Shown here piece by piece: positions 19,701 to 28,996 of a stretch of DNA of 64,000 nucleotides. Origin of the DNA: Phormidesmis sp. (GTDB lineage: Bacteria > Cyanobacteriota > Cyanobacteriia > Leptolyngbyales > Leptolyngbyaceae); assembly GCA_965248535.1 (NCBI GenBank), contig CBDFJR010000005.1, positions 480,001-544,000 on the forward strand, read 5' to 3'. The position numbers and the translations under genes are program-made. Position 1 is the first letter of the stretch, and the number at the start of each line of letters is the position of its first letter. Below the pieces are notes generated by a model. The model did not search any database. It saw nothing but the letters and a program-made list of their open reading frames with translations, and was not told the origin of the DNA.

Positions 19701-21287
19701 ATGTTAAAAATTTTGGCATTAGTGGACAGCGATCAGGGGCACTTTGCCGAACTGGTCACCGTTTTGATTATTTTGCTTTTGGTGGCCACGATCGTGGCTT
19801 TATTATCTCGTCGTCTGCGGGTGCCCTATGTCAGTGGACTGGTGGTAGCAGGGTTGGTGATTTCAGAAGTGCTGCCCCGCCGCATTGGGCTAGATTCTTC
19901 GTTAATCATCAATTTGTTTTTGCCGATTCTGCTGTTTGAAGCGTCTATTAACACCGACATCAGCCGCCTGCGAAGCACTTTAAAGCCGATTTTGCTGTTA
20001 GCGGGGCCCGGCGTGGTGATCTCCTGTGGGGTGACGGCGCTGTGTCTGAAGTTTGGGCTGAGGTTAGAGTGGGTGCCCGCGCTGTTGGTCGGCGTGATTT
20101 TGGCTATCACCGATACGGTTTCAGTGATCGCCGTGTTTAAAGAAGTCTCGGTGCCGTCGCGACTGATTACGATCGTAGAAGGAGAAAGCCTGTTTAACGA
20201 TGGGATCGCCCTAGTGCTGTTTAGCCTGATTCTCAAGTTTTATCGCACGGGATCGGTCACGGTGGGAGCAGGCTTAAAAGAACTGCTGATCGTGATTGTG
20301 GGAGGTCTGATCGTGGGATTAGTGCTGGGCTATCTGGGGATCGGGCTATATGTGCGATCGGAAGACGACCCTCTCAGCAGCATCTTGCTCACTGTCGCGA
20401 TCGCTCTCAGTGCTTTTCAGATTGGTCAGTTTGTTGGCGTGTCAGGAGTTGTGGCCGTCGTGGTGGCAGGGTTGGTGATTGGCAATTTAGAACTGTCTCG
20501 CAGCGTCTCCGCCTCCAGCCGCATCACCGTTTTGAGCTTCTGGGAATATGCCGGATTTGGCGTAAACACGTTTATTTTTTTGTTGATTGGGCTAGAGATC
20601 AATCTGCCGACGTTAGGCAGAACGCTACCTGCGGTTTTGCTCGCCGTTCTCGCTTATCAGACGGGGCGGTTTCTCTCGGTTTATCCGCTCTTAGCGATCG
20701 TGGGCAAGTTCGATCGCACGATTCCCTTTCGGTGGCAGCACGTTCTCTTTTTGGGCAACATTAAGGGATCGCTGTCAATGGCGCTGGCGTTGAGTTTGCC
20801 GACGAGTCTGGCTCGGCGAGAAGATCTGATCGCGATCGTGTTTGGAACCGTGCTGTTATCGCTGGTTGGTCAAGGAGTCAGTCTCCCCTGGCTAGTCGGA
20901 CGGCTGAAACTGTCTCACACCTCAGAGTCACAACAGTGGATTGAAGGACTGCAATCTCAACTGATGACGGCAAAAGCGGCACAGGAGGAACTTGACACGC
21001 TGCTCAAAGGCGGCGTTGTGCCAAAGTCAATCTATGAAGAGATGCGATCGAGCTATCAAATTCGGGTGGCAGCGGCCGAGCGATCGCTGCGAGACTTTTA
21101 TAATCGCCGCTCAGACAAACCTACCAGCATTGACCATGCTCACTTTGATGCCGTGCGGCGGCGATTGCTGCTCGCCGAAAAAAACGCTCTCAACGATGCT
21201 CTCCGCAAGCGAATCTTGTCAGAAGAAGTGGTCAGGGCGCGGTTGAAAACCATTGACGAGCGGCTATTGGGGCTAGACGACGACTGA
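19701..21287 (+). CDS. CPA1/NhaP-type Na+/H+ antiporter
   Basis: FLPILLFEA, TDTVSV, EGESLFNDG, about 12 TM segments, soluble C-terminal tail. Confidence 0.92.
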   Translation: MLKILALVDSDQGHFAELVTVLIILLLVATIVALLSRRLRVPYVSGLVVAGLVISEVLPRRIGLDSSLIINLFLPILLFEASINTDISRLRSTLKPILLLAGPGVVISCGVTALCLKFGLRLEWVPALLVGVILAITDTVSVIAVFKEVSVPSRLITIVEGESLFNDGIALVLFSLILKFYRTGSVTVGAGLKELLIVIVGGLIVGLVLGYLGIGLYVRSEDDPLSSILLTVAIALSAFQIGQFVGVSGVVAVVVAGLVIGNLELSRSVSASSRITVLSFWEYAGFGVNTFIFLLIGLEINLPTLGRTLPAVLLAVLAYQTGRFLSVYPLLAIVGKFDRTIPFRWQHVLFLGNIKGSLSMALALSLPTSLARREDLIAIVFGTVLLSLVGQGVSLPWLVGRLKLSHTSESQQWIEGLQSQLMTAKAAQEELDTLLKGGVVPKSIYEEMRSSYQIRVAAAERSLRDFYNRRSDKPTSIDHAHFDAVRRRLLLAEKNALNDALRKRILSEEVVRARLKTIDERLLGLDDD

Positions 21288-21288
21288 A

Positions 21289-21966
21289 TCAGACGCACTT
21301 TTGAATGAAATTGATCATCTGGTGCATGACTCCGGGCTTGGTGGCGATCAGCACCGTCGATTCTGGCTCTAAGACCGTGCTGCCGTTGGGGATCGCTAGA
21401 TCCATGTGAGCGTGGGGCTGATAGCCAATAATCAGTGAGCCGCTGGGGAACTTGGGATCTTGAGCCACCTCAGCAACACTGCGCCCCACGACATTGCAGT
21501 TGGCCGAAATCGAGAGCTTGACGACCTCGATCTGACCTTGCTCAAAGTGCATCATCGATTCCACTTCGGGATATTCGATCACGTTGACCATGGTCGAAAC
21601 GGCTAGCTCGATCGCGTTGATCACATGAGTCGCCCCCGCAAACCGATAGGGTTCGGCAAAGTCTCGATGCCGCATTCTCACAGCAATATGGGGCACTCCG
21701 TAGTGATTAGCTAGCGTCACCATTGCCAGGTTGAGCGCGTCGTCTCGCAGCACCGCAGCTAAGGCATCTGCTTTACGAATTCCGGCTTCTATGAGAATTT
21801 CGGTGCTAACCGCGCTGCCTTCAAAGGCCATCACTCCTAGCTGCTCTCGCGCATAGCGACAGGCAGCCGGATTAATATCGATCAGCGCAACCGTGTGCCC
21901 TAAATCGACTAACCGCTGGGCCAAACTGAGTCCGATTAGCCCGGCACCCCCGATCAATACATACAT
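21289..21966 (-). CDS. TrkA/KtrA-family NAD-binding RCK protein
   Basis: GGAGLIG Rossmann motif, AGIRKADA, DALNL, TrkA_C-like C-terminus (PNGSTVL). Confidence 0.88.
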   Translation of the reverse strand: MYVLIGGAGLIGLSLAQRLVDLGHTVALIDINPAACRYAREQLGVMAFEGSAVSTEILIEAGIRKADALAAVLRDDALNLAMVTLANHYGVPHIAVRMRHRDFAEPYRFAGATHVINAIELAVSTMVNVIEYPEVESMMHFEQGQIEVVKLSISANCNVVGRSVAEVAQDPKFPSGSLIIGYQPHAHMDLAIPNGSTVLEPESTVLIATKPGVMHQMINFIQKCV

Positions 21967-22220
21967 GGCGATCGCTCCAAAAAATTCTCGCTGCCTCTCT
22001 CTATAGGTTAAGAGAGTTCAAGAAAATCGCTGCGCCACGGCTGTTCCTAATTCAACCAGAGAGCGCTAGCCGGAACGTCTCGGGCTGCAATGCTCCGGTT
22101 GGCATCCGGGATGAAAGCAGCCGCTCAAAAAACTTTGCTTGTAGAGAAAAATCAAGTGCTTCCCGGAATAAAGAAAAATTCTTCTGTAGAAAGCTATGTT
22201 CTACATCTCCACAGATTGAT

Positions 22221-23232
22221 ATGAGTAAACAAAGCAACTCCTCGAAACAGACTGTCAAGCCAGGTTTTTTTGCTGGAAAAACATTCCATGTATCGTCGGT
22301 ACTGCTGTCGGTACTGTTTATGGAGTCCTCATGATTGTATCAATTGCAATCAGCCAGTATTGGTTGGATAGGCACACCTGCTGTTAATCCAAAAGTTATA
22401 GAAATAAAAGAGTCGGATGAGACTACATTGAAAGACAAGTAGATCGATCCTACGGAAGATTTTTTAACCAATTCTTCAAAGGCTGTGTGACATTCTTGGG
22501 CTTGAGCTTCATCACAGCAGGCGATGCAGGCATAGACGAAATCACCATACAACTATGCCCAAAAGAAATGTTTTTTCAAATAAGGTTGTTGATGTAGTCA
22601 TAAGGCTCATAGGTAAACTTGTATGTCAGCTAGATAAGCCGGAAGTTAAAGAAAATCTAGCCACACTTGATGAATATCGTTACAACATCTACCTAGCGCG
22701 ATGCTTATTTCTGCTTGGAGAGGTATGAAGATCTCAGCGTACTGGTCGAAAACCACCCCGAAGACCCCAAAGACGGACTTGGTAATGCTTTCGAGCCAAG
22801 AAATAAGGGAAGGTAGCCAACAAAAAGCGAGTAACCTATATAAAAAGGCTCTTGAGGCTTATAAATCGGCATCTGCCCTTGAGCCTCACCATGTCCTTAC
22901 ACATATTAAAGGATTTGTGCTTAGAAAATTAGGCGAGACCAATGATAAAGGTCTTGAGAATGGCATTAAAAGTTTTGATGTCGCCCTTACGATTGAACCT
23001 AATGATTACAGAGCTTGGTATAACAAAGCCTGTTACTACGCAGCCCTGAGTGATCCGCCTGAAGAAAGCATTTGAGCTTACTCCGTTACGATGTAGAGAT
23101 TTAGTTGTAAAAGAGAAAGACAGTAACAAGATTAGAGACACGCGCCTGGTTCAAAAATCGCTCGGTAGTATAAGAACGAGTCGTGAGTGCCGCAGCCATA
23201 GCGTAATGATGCCTCGAAAGACTTATGCCTAA
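22221..23232 (+). pseudogene. Decayed AT-rich gene with TPR remnants
   Basis: Fragmented frames; 22701-23075 contains GIKSFDVALTIEPNDYRAWYNKACYYA and the next frame continues LKKAFELTP, a typical TPR C-terminus; boundaries approximate. Confidence 0.6.
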
Positions 23233-23359
23233 TTAACCCGCACTGGCAGGAATCGCGGTTGCGTGCGACCCAGCCTTCTGATTTTTGGGTAGCGGTGAGT
23301 CAAAGGCGGCAGACATTCTTGTGCCTGAGTCTCATCACAGCAGGCAATGCAGGCATAGA
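22489..23359. repeat. 48-bp imperfect direct repeat (22489-22536 and 23312-23359)
   Basis: 43/48 identical by manual alignment; both copies encode YACIACCDExQAQEC on the minus strand. Confidence 0.9.
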
Positions 23360-23402
23360 GAATTCCTGATGGATCGACTTGTTCGTTTACCCAAATAGCC
23401 AC
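23229..23402 (-). pseudogene. Frameshifted small conserved Cys-rich cyanobacterial protein (IWVNEQxDPSG family)
   Basis: VAIWVNEQVDPSGILYACIACCDETQAQEC, then family-like LTATQKSEGWVAR only in another frame; family recalled from memory. Confidence 0.6.
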
Positions 23403-23483
23403 GATCGTTGCCTCGCTTTCCACTAGATCTCTGCTCTGGTTTTACAAGATGGAAGACTCTCGACCCAAATTAGCCACAGTGTT

Positions 23484-23972
23484 TTAATCATTCTGCGCCA
23501 TTGAAGACAAAGCCTCGCCTGTGACTCGACAGGTTCGCCAATCGGGAAGAACCGTGGCTCCCATGCGCTTATAGAACCCGATCGCGGGTTCGTTCCAGTC
23601 TAAGACGCTCCATTCTAATCGCCCACAGCCGCGATCGACCGCTATTTGCGCCAGACGAGTCAACAACGCCTTGCCAATATTTTGCCCCCGATAGTCAGGC
23701 AGCACGAATAAATCTTCTAAATAAATGCCGGGCTTAGTCAAAAACGTGGAGTAGTTGTGCAAGAAAAGCGCAAACCCAACCACCTGTCCGTCACGATCAG
23801 CCACGATCGCTTCTATATAAGGTCGAGAACCAAATAAATGATCGGCAAGCTGGTCAGGGCTGCCAGTCACAGCGTCTGATAAGTTCTCATACTTCGCCAA
23901 GGCTTGGATTAGCGAAAAAATCGCCGGGACATCCGCAGGAATTGCAGACCGAAGATTGAAGGAAGAATTCAT
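23484..23972 (-). CDS. GNAT N-acetyltransferase (diamine acetyltransferase-like)
   Basis: NYSTF..PGIYLEDLFV.P.YRGQNIG, RLEWSVLDWNEPAIGFY. Confidence 0.92.
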   Translation of the reverse strand: MNSSFNLRSAIPADVPAIFSLIQALAKYENLSDAVTGSPDQLADHLFGSRPYIEAIVADRDGQVVGFALFLHNYSTFLTKPGIYLEDLFVLPDYRGQNIGKALLTRLAQIAVDRGCGRLEWSVLDWNEPAIGFYKRMGATVLPDWRTCRVTGEALSSMAQND

Positions 23973-23977
23973 AGCAA

Positions 23978-24046
23978 AATTTGGACTTCAGACTTTAGAT
24001 TTTAGAGCGAACTCTCACCTAAAACCCAAAACCCAAAATCCAAATT
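23978..24046. repeat. STRR-like heptamer repeats arranged as an imperfect inverted repeat
   Basis: TTGGACT TCAGACT TTAGATT TTAGA facing CTAAAAC CCAAAAC CCAAAAT CCAAATT. Confidence 0.7.
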
Positions 24047-24067
24047 GCTCAAACTACAGAGGTTTGT

Positions 24068-25288
24068 CTACCCCAGCCAGCCTTTTAGCCGCTCTGCGAT
24101 CTGAGGTCGCCGCAGCTTCCGCATCGCCTTGCTTTGAATTTGCCGCACCCGTTCGCGAGACAGGTTAAAGATGCCGCCGACTTCTTCTAAAGTGCAAGGC
24201 TTGCTCGTCGTCAGCCCATAGCGAAGAGAAATAATGTCTTTCTCCCGCTCAGTCAGCACATTTCCTAACACCTCCCAGATCTCCTGACGCAGCATCGTTT
24301 CGGTCATCTGCGATTCGGGTGATTGGGTGTCGCCATCTTCTAGCAAATCCATCAACTCAGTGTCTTCGCCCTTGCCAACTCGGTGATTAAGCGACAGAGA
24401 CTGGCGGCGCACTTGCTGAAGGTGCTGTAGCTGCTCGACGGTCAGTTCTAAAGACTCGGCAAGCTCTAGCTCAGTTGGGTTGCGGTTGAGATCTCGCTTG
24501 AGATCGCGGTGCGCCTTTTTGAGCTTATTGAGCTTTTCAACAATGTGAATGGGGAGGCGAATCGTGCGGGCATCGTTGGCGATCGTGCGCGTGATCCCCT
24601 GCCGAATCCACCAATAGGCGTAGGTTGAAAATTTATAGCCCTTATCGGGATCAAATTTCTCAGTGGCCCGGTTTAGCCCCAGTGCCCCTTCTTGAATCAG
24701 ATCTAAAAACGGCACGCCGCGATTTAAATAGCGTTTAGCGATCGAGACCACCAGCCGCAGATTCGATCGGATCATCTTCCGCTTGGCGACCCGGCTGCGG
24801 TGCAGGCGATGCTCTAGCTGACGCTCATTCAGTCCGAGTTTAGCCGCTAGCTCAACCTTAGTGGGAATGCGCCCCAACTCTTCATAGACCTGACGGTGCA
24901 GTGCCTCCATCTCGCCTAGATATTGAACTCGTCGAGCTAGCTCTACTTCCTCATCCGGTTTGAGCAGGGGATAGCGCGCCATTTCCTTAAAGAAGGCTCC
25001 GACCGCATCATCGGCGATCGTTTTGCTATAGCCTGCCGATCGGGCCGTGGCAATCTGATCGACTTCGACCTCATCGGCAGACTGGTCAACCTCCGCCATT
25101 TCTGCGGCGACATCCTCCAGTCCTTCGAGATCAGGCTCTTCTATTTCAACAATGGGGACACCCTCAAAGTCGGCATCTGGCGCTAGTTGCAGGGAGTTAA
25201 CTGAGTCTAAATCAGCAACGTCTATTGCAAAGTTTAATGCACGATCGGAGAGAATTCCTGTGTTAGAACTCTTGCTTTGTTCGTTCAT
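24068..25288 (-). CDS. sigE: Group 2 RNA polymerase sigma factor, SigE-like
   Basis: NLRLVVSIAKRY, DLIQEG, KFSTYAYWWIRQ, SRERVRQI; region 1.2 DAVGAFFKEMARYPLL is recalled as the SigE clade. Confidence 0.8.
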   Translation of the reverse strand: MNEQSKSSNTGILSDRALNFAIDVADLDSVNSLQLAPDADFEGVPIVEIEEPDLEGLEDVAAEMAEVDQSADEVEVDQIATARSAGYSKTIADDAVGAFFKEMARYPLLKPDEEVELARRVQYLGEMEALHRQVYEELGRIPTKVELAAKLGLNERQLEHRLHRSRVAKRKMIRSNLRLVVSIAKRYLNRGVPFLDLIQEGALGLNRATEKFDPDKGYKFSTYAYWWIRQGITRTIANDARTIRLPIHIVEKLNKLKKAHRDLKRDLNRNPTELELAESLELTVEQLQHLQQVRRQSLSLNHRVGKGEDTELMDLLEDGDTQSPESQMTETMLRQEIWEVLGNVLTEREKDIISLRYGLTTSKPCTLEEVGGIFNLSRERVRQIQSKAMRKLRRPQIAERLKGWLG

Positions 25289-26033
25289 ATCAATACAGTA
25301 TCAAGGTAGTTTTACTCAACGCGCCTGAAGAGGAAAGCTCACCAAAACCATAGAAATTATGATTTTTATAAGCCAGTTTAGAGACGACTGCGAAATCTAG
25401 AGATGATGGTCAGCGTTCCTTAAGGTCAATTGACCCTCATTTGTAACCGAAAAATAGTTTAATTTAGACCTTTATAAAGTCGGTCTTCGAGAGCCTCCCA
25501 ATCGAGTGTTTTTAACTAGTTTTTATGGATTTTTATATGCCGACCGATCAGACTACTGAAGAGCAATAACCTCATTCAAATTGAAGAATTCTGCTGTTAA
25601 AACTCTTCAGTAGCTCCGATCGGGGAAAGCAGTTCAACACGGCTCTAAAGTTGGTTAGATCCTGACGGTAGCGACAAACCTTTCTCTAAGCCTTGAAACA
25701 AACTGCGGCAGAAACTGGCTTTGTGCTCCTTGGACTGCTCTAACAGACTCCCACACCCGATTAGGTTTGCATCTCTACCGATAGTGAGAAAGTTGATTGC
25801 CATTTTCCTGTATTTGTCTGCTAATCTTATTCAGCCCGGAGTGAGCAAGCCTTCTCGTCGGTTTTTTCTCAAGCTAAGATCAATGCTCTAAGCTCAATTA
25901 ACCGAGTTGAGCGTCTTCGATGTGTCCTGAGTCACCCCGCAAAAAGACACCCCCCAAAGTCGTAACCATGCCTAGGGTTCTTCAAGTTTTCTAGAGTCGC
26001 TAAATTCGTCAAAAATTTTTCGCTTAAGACATT

Positions 26034-28568
26034 TTGATATGGTTGAGCCTCTGTCTAGCACCGTCGTTTTATCCGTGGCTGAACCGTCTGCACTCTACTC
26101 AACAGACTTCGCGGCGGAGTGATTGGGTTGAAGTGTTAGCCGATTGTCCGGGTGCTTCAGGGTTCTACACCTATAAGCTGCCGATCGGTCTGTCCGTTCA
26201 GATAGGTGATATCTTGAGTGTGCCATTTGGGGCGCAGCAAGTGGGCGCGATCGCGATTCGGTTTCTAGAGGTGTTGCCGCTTGATCTTGACCCTGAGCAG
26301 ATCCGAGAAGTCGAAGCGATCGTCAGTGCTGGGTTTTTCCCTGCTTCTTATTGGAGTCTGCTGAGTCGAGTCGCCGACTATTATCACACCTCTTTAATGC
26401 AGGTGGTAAAAGTGGCGCTGCCGCCGGGGTTGTTGGCACGATCGCAGCGGCGAATTCGACTCCGAAAAGATGCAGCCATTGCCGACCCTTTTCTGACCGC
26501 TCCGGCGCAACAAATTCTCAACGTGCTCAGAGCCAGCAAAACGGGGGATTATTCGTGGCGGTTTGTGCAGCGACAGGTGCAAAATGCCAGTCGAGGGCTG
26601 CAAGAGCTGCTGAAAGGGCAGCTTGTCGAAAGTTATCTAGAGCCGCCTAAACCTGTTCGCCCCAAAGCAAAACAGGCGGTGACGCTGGTGAAAACTGATT
26701 TTTTGTCAGATCTGTCTGATCTCACCGATCGCCAACGCGAGATTCTCGAACTGCTCAAGCGTCAGGGCGGTGAAACGTGGCTAAACGACCTGCTGCAAAT
26801 GGGTCACACCAGTTCACCCGTGCTCAAAAAGCTAGAGAGCAAAGGCTATGTGGTAATCCAGCTTAGAGAAGTGCTGCGGGCAGAGCCGAGCGGCCCGGCG
26901 GCAGAAGCAGAGGGTTCTCGGACTTTAACGCCTGAGCAAGCCGAGGCGGTGAGCCAGATTCGTCAGCAGTCTCACTTTACTCAAATCTTGCTGCACGGCG
27001 TAACCGGATCGGGCAAAACGGAGGTCTATCTGCAAGCGATCGCTCCGATTTTAGATCGTGGTCAGTCGGCGCTCGTGCTCGTGCCAGAGATTGGGTTAAC
27101 GCCTCAGTTGACCGATCGCTTTCGGGCGCGGTTTGGCGATCGCGTCTGCGTCTATCACAGCGCCCTCTCAGAAGGCGAACGCTATGACACTTGGCGACAG
27201 ATGTTGAGCGGTAGCCCGCAGGTGGCGATCGGGACGCGATCAGCCGTTTTTGCTCCACTGCCCCACCTGGGTCTCATTATTCTCGACGAAGAACATGATT
27301 CCAGCTTTAAGCAAGATCAGCCTGCTCCTTGCTATCACGCCCGCACCGTTGCCCAGTGGCGCGCCGAGCTAGAAAACTGTCCTTTAATTTTAGGGTCAGC
27401 TACGCCCTCTTTAGAATCGTGGGTTGCTGCCAAGGATGGCTCTAGAGACCCGAACTCACTCTATTTGTCTCTGCCCAAACGAGTCTACGATCGCCCGCTG
27501 CCCCCGATCGAGATCGTCGATATGCGTCAAGAATTGCGAGAGCGCAACGGCTCGATTTTTAGCCGATCGCTCCAGTCGGCGCTGCAAACTCTCAAAGAGC
27601 GGAGACAGCAGGGCTTGCTCTTCATTCATCGTCGCGGTCACAGCACCTTTGTCTCGTGCCGCAGTTGTGGCTATGTGATGGAGTGCCCTCACTGCGATGT
27701 GTCGCTGTCTTATCACCACACTCACGCAGATGCAAAGCCGCTTTTGCGCTGTCATTATTGCAACCATGCTCAGTCTCAGCCGTCTCACTGTCCATCGTGT
27801 GAGTCTCCCTATTTCAAACAGTTTGGCAGTGGCACTCAGCGAGTTACTGAAGAATTAGCGCGGCAGTTTCCTGAGTTGAGTGTGATTCGGTTTGACAGCG
27901 ATACGACTCGTGCTAAGGGCGCACACCGATCGCTGTTGACTAACTTTGCCCAAGGCGGTGCTGATTTGTTGGTCGGCACACAGATGCTCACCAAAGGCAT
28001 TGATCTACCTCAAGTCACGTTGGTGGGAATTATCGCAGCAGACGGATTGTTGAATCTCCAGGATTTTCGCGCTAGTGAACGGGCCTTTCAAACCCTGGTG
28101 CAAGTTGCAGGGCGGGCGGGGCGAGGCGACGAACCGGGACGAGTGGTGCTGCAAACCTATGCCCCAGAGCATCCGGTGATCGAGGCAGTTAAACATCAAG
28201 CCTATGAGCCGTTTGTGGCGGCCGAGCTTGAGCAGCGATCGGCGCTGCACTATCCCCCTTATGGGCGGTTGATCTTGCTGCGTCTGAGCGGAGTCAACCC
28301 CGTTGCGGTGCAAAAAGCCGCAGAGCGAGTGGGAGAATTTTTAGCACGATCGCTGACAGCCTTGCGGGGTGATGCAGATTCTGGCTATGAGTTACTCGGC
28401 CCGGCTCCGGCCTCGATTTTGAGAGTGGCTCGGCGCTATCGCTGGCAAATTTTGCTCAAAGTTCCGTCTCAGAGTGAGACCGATCGCGTTGACTGGGAAG
28501 CAGTGCGATCGCACTGTGGTTCAACAGTGAGTTTGGCGATCGACATCGACCCGATGAATTTGATGTAG
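26034..28568 (+). CDS. priA: Primosomal protein N' (5' end possibly frameshifted)
   Basis: GVTGSGKTEVY, DEEH, four CxxC zinc motifs, GTQMLTKG, QVAGRAGR. Confidence 0.95.
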   Translation: MIWLSLCLAPSFYPWLNRLHSTQQTSRRSDWVEVLADCPGASGFYTYKLPIGLSVQIGDILSVPFGAQQVGAIAIRFLEVLPLDLDPEQIREVEAIVSAGFFPASYWSLLSRVADYYHTSLMQVVKVALPPGLLARSQRRIRLRKDAAIADPFLTAPAQQILNVLRASKTGDYSWRFVQRQVQNASRGLQELLKGQLVESYLEPPKPVRPKAKQAVTLVKTDFLSDLSDLTDRQREILELLKRQGGETWLNDLLQMGHTSSPVLKKLESKGYVVIQLREVLRAEPSGPAAEAEGSRTLTPEQAEAVSQIRQQSHFTQILLHGVTGSGKTEVYLQAIAPILDRGQSALVLVPEIGLTPQLTDRFRARFGDRVCVYHSALSEGERYDTWRQMLSGSPQVAIGTRSAVFAPLPHLGLIILDEEHDSSFKQDQPAPCYHARTVAQWRAELENCPLILGSATPSLESWVAAKDGSRDPNSLYLSLPKRVYDRPLPPIEIVDMRQELRERNGSIFSRSLQSALQTLKERRQQGLLFIHRRGHSTFVSCRSCGYVMECPHCDVSLSYHHTHADAKPLLRCHYCNHAQSQPSHCPSCESPYFKQFGSGTQRVTEELARQFPELSVIRFDSDTTRAKGAHRSLLTNFAQGGADLLVGTQMLTKGIDLPQVTLVGIIAADGLLNLQDFRASERAFQTLVQVAGRAGRGDEPGRVVLQTYAPEHPVIEAVKHQAYEPFVAAELEQRSALHYPPYGRLILLRLSGVNPVAVQKAAERVGEFLARSLTALRGDADSGYELLGPAPASILRVARRYRWQILLKVPSQSETDRVDWEAVRSHCGSTVSLAIDIDPMNLM

Positions 28569-28585
28569 CAGACAACTAGAATCCT

Positions 28586-28939
28586 TCAACTTCGATTTTG
28601 AATGAGCTGCTCCACGATGCCAGTTAATCGTGAAACTACGTCAGCCTGCTGCCTGACCACATCAGCCTGCTGCCTGACCACATCAGCATTTTCGCGGATC
28701 ATTGCTTTAATTTCCGCTAGATCCGCTCTAAAAAGCTGACTGGCTTGCTCTTGTCTTTCCCCCTGTTGCCTGACAGTCTCAGCGAGATCACGATTTACAA
28801 CAATCTGCTGACGGATCATTTCTTTGATTTCTGCCGTGTCGGCTCGAAATTCGGTCAAACCTTCGGTGAGTCTGCCGACATGAACTGTCAGAATTTCTAG
28901 GTTTTGATCGATCCGGTCTAATTTTTGGTCTGTGGTCAT
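28586..28939 (-). CDS. Small coiled-coil hypothetical protein with internal repeats
   Basis: FRADxAEIKxMIR occurs twice; VVRQQAD heptads. Confidence 0.7.
   Translation of the reverse strand: MTTDQKLDRIDQNLEILTVHVGRLTEGLTEFRADTAEIKEMIRQQIVVNRDLAETVRQQGERQEQASQLFRADLAEIKAMIRENADVVRQQADVVRQQADVVSRLTGIVEQLIQNRS
28641..28687. repeat. 21-bp perfect tandem repeat (about 2.2 copies) inside a CDS
   Basis: TCAGCCTGCTGCCTGACCACA x2 plus TCAGC. Confidence 0.9.
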
Positions 28940-28996
28940 CGCGAACGCTCGGCTCTCTATCCGTTGAGATCAAATTGTAGACTGAAAACGATCGCC

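Noticed and set aside
22489..23359. CRISPR array or DGR template/variable repeat reading of the 48-bp repeat
   Set aside because: Only two copies 823 bp apart; no cas or reverse transcriptase gene; differences are mostly synonymous and not confined to adenines
25443..25457. Possible NtcA site upstream of sigE
   Set aside because: GTAACCGAAAAATAG does not fit GTA-N8-TAC
25747..25756. ACTCCCACAC resembling the Yfr1 sRNA motif
   Set aside because: One base short of ACTCCTCACAC, no flanking stem-loops, not the usual gene context
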